This document shows, one piece after another, positions 1 through 11,345 of a stretch of 64,000 nucleotides of DNA. Under the pieces are notes generated by a model, which was given only the letters and a program-made list of their open reading frames with translations, did not search any database and was not told the DNA's origin. A program made the translations under genes and the position numbers. Source of the stretch: Octopus sinensis (lineage: Eukaryota). The stretch lies in assembly GCF_006345805.1 (NCBI RefSeq), contig NC_042999.1, positions 10,354,001 through 10,418,000 of the forward strand, written 5' to 3'. Position 1 is the stretch's first letter, and each line of letters opens with the position of its first letter.

Positions 1-34
1 TACATACATGCATGCATGCATACATACGCACATA

Positions 35-682
35 CACGTGATTAGCAGCTGTCCTAAAACGTCGTCACGGTACTGCCTTCCTATGTGGCACGATGTTGTT
101 GCTAAATCAATTTACAATGCTATTCGCAAAAAAGACTGTCCTGAAATAAACTTAGAGAATCCCTCTGTTATGGAATACATTCACAAACACCAACTCAAGA
201 AGGAATACCGGTGGAATATTCCCATCAAAGCTTCTGTCAAATATAAACATAACAGGCCAGATATTATTGTTTGAGACAGAGAGAAAGAGGTATATACCAT
301 CATAGAGGTCAGCTGCCCTGCAGATATAAATATCTCTTTGAAAATCAAAGGAAAAGATGATGTCTATGGACAATTGCTTCGAAACCTCCAGCTTCTATAT
401 CCAGACTATGAATTCATATTCATACCAATAATAATTGGAGCACTAGGTTTTGTTAGTAAATGCTTAAAGGAGAATCTGGATGAACTGGGATTTTCAGAAA
501 GAGAAATCGACCTGTTAATTCGTAAATTACAAGTGCAATCTGTGAGTGGAACAGTAAAAATGTGCAAAACTTTTCTCAAGTTCCAAATGGAATCAGTCTG
601 TGTTAACTACATCACAAAGATGGAGCTTTGTAGCTTTGTTGGAAACCGGCTCCCTCCTCGGTGGATGATTTATGATAATTAA
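35..682 (+). mobile_element. 3' fragment of an RLE-type non-LTR retrotransposon (R4/Dong-like), one in-frame stop
   Basis: ORFs 8-274 and 338-682 share one frame, broken only by TGA at 272-274. Zn-knuckle remnant HVISSCP...WHDVVAKSIY, restriction-like endonuclease motif KHNRPDIIV*D...IIEVSCPAD..K, and PIIIGALG. Starts right after a CATA/CATG microsatellite. Confidence 0.75.
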
Positions 683-2477
683 AAGACAGAAGAGGCATAC
701 ATACAAAAATGCATACATAGGGGTATAGATTTTTAAAAATGAGTACTCAACATTTTTCGTTGAGTTTATTTTTATCAATAGATTGGCTCAATCGCATTAA
801 AGTGACTGAGCCATCGATCTCCCACTAGCTGTCATCAATCCCATTCAATAGCACTCAGCAATCACCAGCAGCCGGTACCTATCGACAGCTACAAACTCCA
901 GCCATAATCTGGACACACATACACACACTCACACATATATTATATAATATATGCAAATACATATATACATACGTGAATATATATATGTATTCAAATATTT
1001 GTATATAAACATACATAAATATGTATATATGATTTGTATATACACATATATATCTATATATATAACCTGTGATAAGACTGTGCATCATCATTAAAGAACT
1101 TCGGAAGTCTGTTTACAACCTGAATCTGCTTTTAATGAAATTATCTCCAATACTTCATGAGTGTAGCCTCACCCACTAAGATGTTTGGAGAACTCATATG
1201 TGTTTTAGCTGATGAGTACGGGACACTTTTATCTGCTGCAATATTTGCAACTTTTAATAAAGCCTGTCTTTGTATGAAACAATTGTACTAAAAACTAATC
1301 CATTCTTGTTGCTTCTTTCTCGTTTATCTATATATATATATATATATATAAAACTGAGAATGTGTGTCTGTCTGTGAATCCCTAAAACTTGAGAACTACA
1401 CAACCAATTTCATTCAAATTTTACACATGCCTTACTTAGGGTCCATGTAGTGTCATGGGCAAAAAAAAATTAACTTTCATCAACAAGCATCAGATACGGC
1501 TCTTGGATTGATACAATGGTGAAGAGAGACACAAAAAAGTAATGCACGGATAAATCTCGGCTACAGGGACAAACAAGTGATAGGAATACAAAAAAATTAT
1601 GATCAAACCCAGTTATTACAGAAAATAAAAGGAAGTCATTATTCTTTTTCGATAAAAATAAAACAAAACAACACACGACATCATTTCAACAAATACAACA
1701 CTGATAAAAAGAAAGTGAATAAATAATTAAGTTAAAGGATGGAGAGAAGAAAAATTGGTGTTCCATTAGAGAACTGAAATGAAAAAGTTAAGAGAGACCA
1801 GAACAGAAACAGGAAGCAGTTGCAAGCTGGGAAGAGAATAGGACAGAGCAGAAAGAGAAGAGACAAGAGAGTAAAGAGAGAATAAAGAAGGGAGAGGGAG
1901 AAAAATAGATTTGGATTGGTTGGAGCAATGAAAGCATTATATCAACAAAAGAAGATTAAAGGAATTTAACACAAATGATGTAAACACGGAACATTCAAGC
2001 AAAATATGAAATATACCCCTCATCAGCTGTCGCTTCAGGAATTGTCGCCGTTTCGAAAGCTTGGACACAATTCCTTCCTCAGTGATGCCAATAGGAGACG
2101 AAAAAGATAAGAACGTGAAGAGACATAAAAAGCAAAAAGGTGCCTAGCTTGGACAACTGGTTGAACACAAGAACACAGGAAAGACATAAAGACTCAGAGA
2201 TCCGGTCAGAAAATGAGACAAATTAGTTGTTCGCAACTGAATAAAACAAAGCAATACAATAATGCAACAAGTACAACGCTTAAAGATAAGTGACAATGTA
2301 TTCAAACATTGACCTTTTTCTGCGAACAAGTGAGGAAGAGAGAGCTTGGTCCATATTATTGAGTAACGGGTTTGTTTAAAGTGAATTTACTTCTTGTGAC
2401 TGGAGTTTCATGCTATCGCAATCGTTAGGCGAGTTCATTGTACGTTAGGATGTCTGTGTGCATAAGAGTGTGTTTGC

Positions 2478-2507
2478 ATGCATGCATACATACATACATA
2501 CATACAT

Positions 2508-2552
<45 letters not shown>

Positions 2553-2602
2553 TATGCATACATACATAAATACATACATACATACATACATACATACATA
2601 CA

Positions 2603-2632
<30 letters not shown>
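2478..2632. repeat. compound (CATA)n/(CAGA)n microsatellite
   Basis: Directly visible; source of spurious MYVC/LSVC ORFs. Confidence 0.95.
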
Positions 2633-2635
<3 letters not shown>

Positions 2636-3250
2636 GATAGCTGTCAACTCGTAGACGAGTATGATTCTCACTGACAACACAATGCCTGGTCTCTGCAAAA
2701 TTTGGGGGTCGAATAAGGCTTGCACAACACCCCCTCAGTCCTATTGACATAATTGATGGACTAGCTGACGCAAGATATCCGGAGCTAATATGAGTCGCAA
2801 GCTCAGGAATTGGGAGCACTATGACCTCAATTGCAAGTAAAAGATCCCTAAAATGTCCAATGCTATTCCCTGCTTGTCTGGTTTATATCAGAGTGACTTT
2901 CTCCTAGAGACATGCTTTAACAAAAGCAAGGGGTTGCTCGCGCCTCCCGGTGGTCTTGCAGCACGCCGGGCACCAACCCAGAATGTCTGACGGCCCCTTG
3001 TTATTTCTAGGTAGTCGTTGAACCAACACTGGGTTCATCCATCCTTTCGAGTGATCGTTTTTTATTCCTGCTGGTTTTCTAGCAACCCTCCTCGCCAAGT
3101 TAGCCTGGTGGAGGTGCCAGTTTAATCACCGGCAACTTAATCATGCAACAGGTTGTCAAGTCACTTGTGAAGTGCTACTAGTAACATGGAATCCAGGACA
3201 ATCTGTTGTATGGTCGGGGTCGTCGGTGATTGAGAAAAAGACCTGATAAA
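2633..3250 (-). repeat. unclassified dispersed repeat, copy 1 (inverted relative to copy 2 at 3545-4117)
   Basis: 2890-3040 (gagtgactttctcctagagacatgctttaacaaaag...) is the diverged reverse complement of 3570-3712. Both copies end in (g)a(c/t)agctatcat against a microsatellite. Confidence 0.55.
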
Positions 3251-3269
3251 ATCCCGGATGAACCTAGTG

Positions 3270-3425
3270 TATACATTTTTTACATTTGACAGATATTTGT
3301 CCTCATCTTGTTTGTTGTTAACACAACATTTCGGCTGATATACCCTCCAGCCTTCATCAAGTGTCTTGGGGAAATTTCGAACCTGAGTTCTCATTCCTAA
3401 GGTATTTTTAGATGATATTATTATA

Positions 3426-3456
<31 letters not shown>

Positions 3457-3530
3457 TCACGGCCTGGAATCGAACTCGAAATCTTGGGGTTAGTAGCCCG
3501 CGCTCTTAACCACTACGCCATATGCCCTTA
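3270..3530 (-). mobile_element. tRNA-derived SINE with Penelope-like tail
   Basis: Minus-strand head GGCGTAGTGGTTAAGAGCGCGGGCTACTAACCCCAAGATTTCGAGTTCGATTCC (A and B boxes). Homologous plus-strand copy at 41145-41365. Confidence 0.7.
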
Positions 3531-3544
3531 GGAATGAGAACCCA

Positions 3545-4113
3545 TTTCTTAAATATAGAACTGTATAACCTAGTGTAAGTTCAACGATTATCTAGGAATA
3601 GCACGGACCTCCAGAAATTCCGAGTTAGTGTCCGATGTACTGGAAGACCAGCGGGAGCGAGGCAGCCCTTAACTTTTGTTAAAGCATGTCTCTAGGAGAA
3701 GGTCACTGATATTTAAAAAATTGTTTAAAAACAGATATGCAAGAAATGGCATTAAACATTTTGGGTATCTTTCGCTTGCGCTATAGATCTCCCACATTCC
3801 TGAGCCTACGACCCATATTGGCACCAGATATCTTCCCTTGGCTTGCCTCTAGTAGGGTTGAGAGGGCTTATGGGGTTCTGTGAAAGCCTAGCTTTATTGG
3901 ACCTAAAATTTAGGTTTTGCCATCGCCAGGGAGATGACTATACGATGCCCGTCCGAGTAGAAGGGCACCGCGGCCAGCATGGAATCAGCGAACACGAACT
4001 CGAATGAAGCCGATGACTACGGGTGCAATAACCTCGTTCTTGAGCTTCACAGACATCTTGCATGGACAATGGTCAGTGAGGGTCTTTCTCGGTCACCAGT
4101 GGATAGCTATCAT

Positions 4114-4117
<4 letters not shown>
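3545..4117 (+). repeat. unclassified dispersed repeat, copy 2
   Basis: Diverged inverted homolog of 2633-3250; ends at (TG)n 4118-4152. Confidence 0.5.
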
Positions 4118-4156
<39 letters not shown>

Positions 4157-4269
4157 TGTGTTGTATATGCATGTATGTGATGGAAACAGGAAAAACTGAA
4201 ATCAAATAATGGATATATTTTTATCAATATTTAGGGTCGAGAGTTTCGTGCGTCAGTCCTTATAAAACA

Positions 4270-4550
4270 TCTGTGTGGTAAGTAGCTTGCTTACCAGCCA
4301 CATGGTTCCGGGTTCAGTCCCACTGCGTGGAACCTTGGACAAGTGACTTCTACTATAGCTTCGGGCCGACCAAAGTCTTGTGAGTGGTTTTCGTATACGG
4401 AAACTGGAAGAAGCCCGTCGTATATGCATATACATATATATGTATATATATATGTGTGTGTGTGTACATGTTTGTGTGTCTGTCTCCCCAACATCGCTTG
4501 ACAACCGATGCTGGTGTATTTACGTCCCCGTAACTTAGTGGTTCGACAAG
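4270..4550 (+). mobile_element. SINE family A, 3'-truncated copy
   Basis: ggtaagtagcttgcttacc..catggttccgggttcagtcccactgcgtgg..ccttgg.caagtg head. The same sequence recurs at about 5955, 21420, 21905, 26130, 28900, 40030, 40700, 51700, 55340, 56065, 56230, 56590 and 60360. Confidence 0.8.
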
Positions 4551-4698
4551 GTATCACCTTGATCACCTTGACCGACCAGTCCGTCGGGCGTCCATTTGAC
4601 ACCGCTGGTCACAGCACGCTGTCCACTCCTCTCTGGATCGCGCCTTTCTCATCGACGTGATCCCAATCGCCCTCCTGAAATCGTAACTCCACCGTCGT

Positions 4699-4854
4699 GG
4701 AGCCTTCCGAGTGGTCGTTTCCGTCCGCGCGGGTACCACTACGCAGCAAGTTTTGATGGGCTGGACACGTCGCCCGGCTCACCGATAATCGGTGGACCCG
4801 CGCATTTGTCGAGTGGTACCCGCGCGAGCGGAAACGACCACTCGGAAGGCCTCC
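4699..4854. other. GC-rich long inverted repeat (~42-bp stem) with structured loop, followed by A-rich tract
   Basis: 4699-4740 and 4812-4854 are reverse complements with one bulge and two mismatched positions. Confidence 0.9.
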
Positions 4855-4884
4855 AAAAAGAAGCAAAAAAAGAAAAAACAGAAA

Positions 4885-5062
<178 letters not shown>

Positions 5063-6162
5063 ACACACACACAGTTTGACAATTTTGCAATTATGTATAT
5101 AATTGCAAACAGCATTAATTGTAAACCAACATAATTAACAAGAACAAAACAGTTGATATTAGAACATAAATGGCCAAAAACAAACCAACTCATGAAAGTC
5201 AATAAATTTTAAAACACTTTTTTTATTGTGTGTGTGTGTTTTTTTGTTGTTTTTTTTTTTGTCTTTCTTTTTCGTTTTCAATCCCTAATTTATAAAACTA
5301 TAAGAAATATACAGAATATTTTTAGAAAAACGTCTCAAATCACCCTATATTGGCAGAGATCCAGAAATAGCCGAATGTTCTCTAAACCACGATAAACATT
5401 TGATATTTCTGGTAAAGAAGGAAAATACGTTACGTTCTAACAGTTTGTACAAAAATCGTATCAATAACCCAGGTCCACCGACATAAAGAGATTGGAGATA
5501 TTTTGGCCAAACATTTGGGAAAAGAAAAATCAAAAGAGCTTTTTTAAAAATATAAGAAAAAAAGAATCCAAGCAAATCCAAGATCCATTGAACCAAATAC
5601 CGATGCCAATAGCAAGAAAAATAAGTTGAAAACAACTGCAGATATTGATAAATCGAGATATCGGGTTTTTGTAGATAAATAGACGAGCTTTAGAGAGATT
5701 TAGTGAAAATTGTGTTTAGAAGACGTCAAAAAAAGGGATCAACCTTCTAATTGATATTAACGACCCAGAGCCGTATAAATGCACCACGGTTTGTGTGTGT
5801 GTGTGTGTGTGTATACACACATACATACATGCATGCATACATACATACATACATACATACATACATACATACATACATACTTACGTACTTACGTACGTAT
5901 GTATGTATTTGCATATATGTATGTATATGTGTATGTATAAATATATATGTATGTATGCATATATGTTCTTTTATTCTTTTACTTGTTTCAGTCATTTGGC
6001 TGCGGCCATGCTGGAGCATCGCCTTTAGACACACAAATCAACCCCAGGACTTATTTCATCGGTCTCTTTTGCCGAATCACTAAATTACGGGGACGTAAAC
6101 ACACCAACATCGGTTGTCAAACGATGGTGTCGAGGGGGGAGGCAAACACAGACACACAAACA

Positions 6163-6554
<392 letters not shown>

Positions 6555-6753
6555 CAGTATTTTGCTCGTTTCGTCTTTGTCTATCGTCTTAAATTACAAT
6601 TTTTTACTTTCGTACGAGTAGCTTTGTTTGCTTGAGGCCAGATTCTCTCCGACTTTCAGGTGTGTGTGTGTGTGTGTATGCATACATAATATATATATAT
6701 ATATAATATATATATATATATTATATATATATATATAAATCATATATATATAT

Positions 6754-9061
6754 GACTTTAGGATCAGGACTAAGAGGGCGACTAGAAGACGACCAACATG
6801 GAGAAGAAGGGTCTGGAAGCTTAAAGACCCTGCGAATGGACAGAGATTTAGAGATATGTTACTTGAAGCCTTTGACGAAGTGGAAGGGGGTATAGCTACA
6901 CATGGGGTAGAAGACAACTGGACGTTTCTGAGGGACAACCTGCTGAAAGCCGCTGACCAGATCTGTGGCTGGTGCAAAGTCCCCTTAAGACCCAAAATAA
7001 CGTGGTGGTGGAACAATATTGTTGACAGGGCTATTAGACAAAAGAAACAGGCTTGGAAGGCCTGGAAGAACGGTGGTAGCAGGAAGGGTATCAGACTGCC
7101 AGAAGGGAAGCTAGGAGACAGGTCTATCTAGCCAGAGGGGAAGCAGATAAGAGAAAATTTGCCAATGTCCTGCGCCGTGAGGATGAAAGACTTGAGGTAT
7201 TTCGTGTTGCAAGACAGTGTGTGAGAGAGAATCGTGATGTGGTAGGAGAGAAATGTGTTCGCATGGAGGATGGTTCACTTGCGCTAAATGAGGATGCAAA
7301 GAGAGAAGCTTGGAGACGCCACTATGAAAGGTTGCTGAATGAGGAAAATGAATGGGATAAAGAGAGTCTACCGAATGTTGACCCTACAGAGGGACCAGCT
7401 ATCCGAGTTGATAGTTCCGTGGTAGCTAAGGCAATTAGAAGCATGAAGACAGGGAAAGCCCCAGGCTCATCAGGAATTACTGCAGAGATGCTCAAAATAT
7501 CTGGCAATGTCGGCTATAACCTAGTCACCCGTATAGTCAACCAGGTGATACACGAAGGAGTCATACCAAATGACTGGTGCAGCAGCATACTAGTCAACTG
7601 CTACAAAGGTAAAGGTGATGCCCTAGATACAAATAATTACAGAGGTATCAAGCTGTTGGATCAAGTAATGAAGGTTACGGAGAGGGTCATAGCCCAACTA
7701 ATTAGAGAGAGAGTTAGTTTAGATGAGATGCAGTTTGGGTTCGTGCCAGGGAAAAGTACCACTGATGCTATATTCCTGGTAAGGCAGCTGCAGGAGAAAT
7801 ACCTAGCCAAAGATAAGCCCCTGTACCTGGCTTTCGTTGACATGGAGAAAGCTTTTGATAGGGTCCCCCGATCCCTTATCTGGTGGTCAATGAGGAAACT
7901 AGGGATAGATGAATGGCTGGTGAGGACTGTGCAAGCCATGTACAGAGATGCCGTAAGTAAGGTTAGGGTTGGCAACATGTACACAGAAGAATTCAAAGTA
8001 GAGGTTGGGGTCCACCAGGGTTCAGTACTAAGCCCCCTCCTATTTATCATAGTACTCCAGGCAATTACGGAGGAATTCAAGACAGGCTGTCCCTGGAGCT
8101 CCTCTACGCTGACGACCTTGCTCTTATTGCTGAGTCACTATCAGAACTGGAGGAGAAGTTCCAGGTGTGGAAGGAGGGTTTAGAATCAAGGGGCCTTAGA
8201 GTCAACCTAGCTAAAACCAAAGTACTAATAAGTAGAAAGGTAGACAATCCACAAATATCTTCAGGAAGATGGCCCTGCTCGATCTGTAGAAAAGGTGTAG
8301 GTAGAAACTCTATAAGATGTACCCAGTGTAAGCTATGGACACATAAGAGGTGCAGCAATGTCAAAGGTAGGCTAACTGGGAAGATAGTTTTTGTATGTGG
8401 CAGATGCTCGGGAGCATTAACCTCCGAAAATCTGCAGAAAACAACTTCCGTCACTTTCCAGGGGGAAAAACTAGAAGTAGTTGATAGCTTCCGTTATCTA
8501 GGAGACCAAGTCAGTAGTGGGGGTGGGTGCGCTGAAAGTGTAACTGCTAGAATAAGAATAGCCTGGGCAAAGTTTAGGGAGCTCTTACCTCTGCTGGTGA
8601 CTAAAGGCCTCTCGCTCAGAGTAAAAGGCAGACTGTATGATGCGTGTGTACGAACAGCCATGCTACATGGCAGCGAAACATGGGCCGTGACTGCTGAGGA
8701 CATGCGTAAGCTCGTGAGGAATGAAGCCAGTATGCTCCGATGGATGTGTAATGTCAGTGTACATACTCGACAGAGCGTTAGCACCTTGAGAGAAATGTTG
8801 TACCTAAGAAGCATCAGTTGTGGTGTGCAAGAGAGACGATTGCGCTGGTATGGTCATGTGGCGAGAATGGATGAAGATAGGTGTGTGAGAAAGTGCCAAT
8901 CCCTAGCAGTTGAGGGAACCCGTGGAAGAGGTAGACCCAGGAAAACCTGGGACGAGGTGGTGAAGCACGACCTTCGAACTTTAGGCCTCACTGAGGAAAT
9001 GACCAGCGACCGAGACCTTTGGAAATATTCTGTACGTGAGAAGACCAGGCAGGACAAGTGA
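6754..9061 (+). mobile_element. RTE-clade LINE ORF, 5'-truncated (no endonuclease): RT with embedded PHD finger, two -1 frameshifts
   Basis: ORFs 6856, 7221 and 8165 join via single-G losses near 7083 and 8097. RT motifs KGKGDALDTNNYRGIKLL, QFGFVPGKSTTDAIF, AFVDMEKAFDRV, GVHQGSVLSPLLF, (ELLY)ADDL, FRYLG; RTE C-terminus [12 protein letters not shown]...RGRGRPRKTW. Confidence 0.95.
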
Positions 9062-10041
9062 GCCCAGCCCACTTATGAATGCCTTTCCTCCCTTGGACAC
9101 AAAGACCTGTTGAGGCAAGCGAAGTCGATATAGAACCTCATCCGACGACAGACACCCATGCCAACCCCCCATGCTAGCGAAGACATGTTGGGGCAAGCGA
9201 AATCGAAATCGAAACCGAATTGAACCAGCCAGGATCCCTGGCCTGGTGGTACGTAAAAAGCACTATCCGACTCGTGGCCGTGGCACGTAAAATACTCCAA
9301 TGCGACCGTACGACAGGCACCCATGCCAACCCCCTTTGCTTGTGAAGACATGTTGGGGCAAGCGAAATCGAAATCGAATTGAACCAGCCAGGATCCCTGG
9401 TCTTGTGGTACGTAAAAAGCACTATCCGACTCGTGGCCGTGGCACGTAAAATACTCCAATGCGACCGTACGACAGGCACCCATGCCAACCCCCTTTGCTT
9501 GTGAAGACATGTTGGGGCAAGCGAAATCGAAATCGAATTGAACCAGCCAGGATCCCTGGTCTTGTGGTACGTAAAAAGCACTATCCGACTCGTGGCCGTG
9601 GCACGTAAAATACTCCAATGCGACCGTACGACAGGCACCCATGCCAACCCCCTTTGCTTGTGAAGACATGTTGGGGCAAGCAAAATCGAAATCGAATTGA
9701 ACCAGCCAGGATCCCTGGTCTTGTGGTACGTAAAAAGCACTATCCGACTCGTGGCCGATGCCAGCACCGCCTCGACTGGATTCCGTGCCGGTGGCACATA
9801 AAATACACCAATCTGACCGTGGCCGTTGCCAGCCCCGCCTGGCACCTGTGCAGGTGGCACGTAAAAAGCACCCACTACACTCACGGAGTGGTTGGCGTTA
9901 GGAAGGGCATCCAGCTGTAGAAACACTGCCAGATTAGACTGGAGCCTGGTGCAGCCTTCTGGCTTCCCAGAACCCCGGTCGAACCGTCCAACCCATGCTA
10001 GCATGGAGAACAGACGTTAAACGATGATGATGATGATGATG
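9062..10041 (+). mobile_element. 3'UTR and (GAT)n tail of the RTE LINE
   Basis: Continuous from the stop codon to ...gacgttaaacgatgatgatg. Its last ~250 nt match the most abundant dispersed repeat in the window. Confidence 0.85.
9146..9756. repeat. 159-bp tandem repeat, ~3.8 copies, within the LINE 3'UTR
   Basis: gaagacatgttggggcaagc anchors at 9179, 9344, 9503 and 9662 (165/159/159 spacing). Confidence 0.95.
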
Positions 10042-10994
10042 ATATATATATATATGCATATATACATACGTATATGTACATACGTACACATATACGTATA
10101 TATATATATGTGTGTGTGTGTGCATATGTGGACACAGGACGTCACGAAACGTGTGCAACAAAAATGTACGAAGCACGAGTCCATGGAACATGAACAATTC
10201 TTTCGAACAACAAAAGACACAAATGGAGAACAAAAGAAACAACATAAAGAACGACCCTTCATCAGTTGTTGGTGGTTTTTCTAGTCTCGTATTTCGAGCA
10301 TTTAACAACAATATACGCTTTCGATAAAACAGTTGTTCCCGCAAAGCAAATTAAATAAAATTTGGGATTTTGCGAAGGGTCAAAATAGGTAACACAACCA
10401 GGGCAGTGAAAACAAACAGGAAGGGCCGCTAAGCCTAAACGAGGTTGTGATCCGGAAGACAAAAAAAACGATTGTTGTATGAGTCTTTAGAATAAGAAAG
10501 AAAGAAAGAAAGAAAGAAAGAAATAGCGAACGAGAGTGAGAACGAATGGATCATTAGTGTGTATGACATTCGGAATTAGTTCTTTCGATAAATTGCGATC
10601 TTCTAGTTTTATTCCACTGGCAAGGATCCTGTAAAATCCAAAGACATCAGTTAATTAGAAAAAGGGGGATTGTCCATTGGTTGAGACGAATAAATACCTG
10701 GAGTTCTTTAGTAGACAAGAAAAATATTGATTTCTAAAGTTGGTACAAGGCTTTAAATTTTAAGGAAACGGGGAAATCGATTAAATTGATTCCTGGAGTT
10801 CATTTCATGTACTTATCTAATAGACTAAGGAAGGACAAACAGACAATTCGACCTTGGTAGGATTTGAACTCAGAGCGTAAAGGGACGTAACTAAATACCA
10901 CTTTACCTTTTCTTCTAAGCCATCACCTGAAAAGTATTCTTTTCTTCTCTAGGCACAAGGCCCGAAATTTGGGGGGGAGGGAGCTAGTCGATTA

Positions 10995-11345
10995 GATTGA
11001 CCCTCCCCCCAGTACGCAACTGGTACTTAAATTGTCGATCCCGAAAGGATAAAAGGCAAAGTCGACCTCGGCGGAATTTGAACTCACAACGTAAAGACAG
11101 ACAAAATACCTATTTCTTTACTAGCCACGAGGGACTAAACATAGAGAGGACAAACAAGGACAGACAAACGGATTAAGTCGATTATATCGACCCCAGTGCG
11201 TAACTGGTACTTATTTAATCGACACCTAAAGGATGAAAGACAAAGTCGACCTCGGCGGAATTTGAACTCACAACGTAGCCGCAGACGAAATACCGTGAGG
11301 CATTTCGCCCGGCGTGCTAACCATTCTGCCAGCTCGCCGCCTTCC
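10995..11345 (-). mobile_element. SINE family B, two adjacent copies
   Basis: Reverse complement of ggcg.gagctggcagaa...gagttcaaattccgccgaggtcgactttgcctttcatcc. Other copies at about 13150, 20695, 20936, 45490, 46570, 47635, 60100 and 62450. Confidence 0.8.

Noticed and set aside
9073-10004. Minus-strand ORFs of 198 and 276 aa with 53-aa repeats
   Set aside because: Antisense read-through of the 159-bp array in the LINE 3'UTR.
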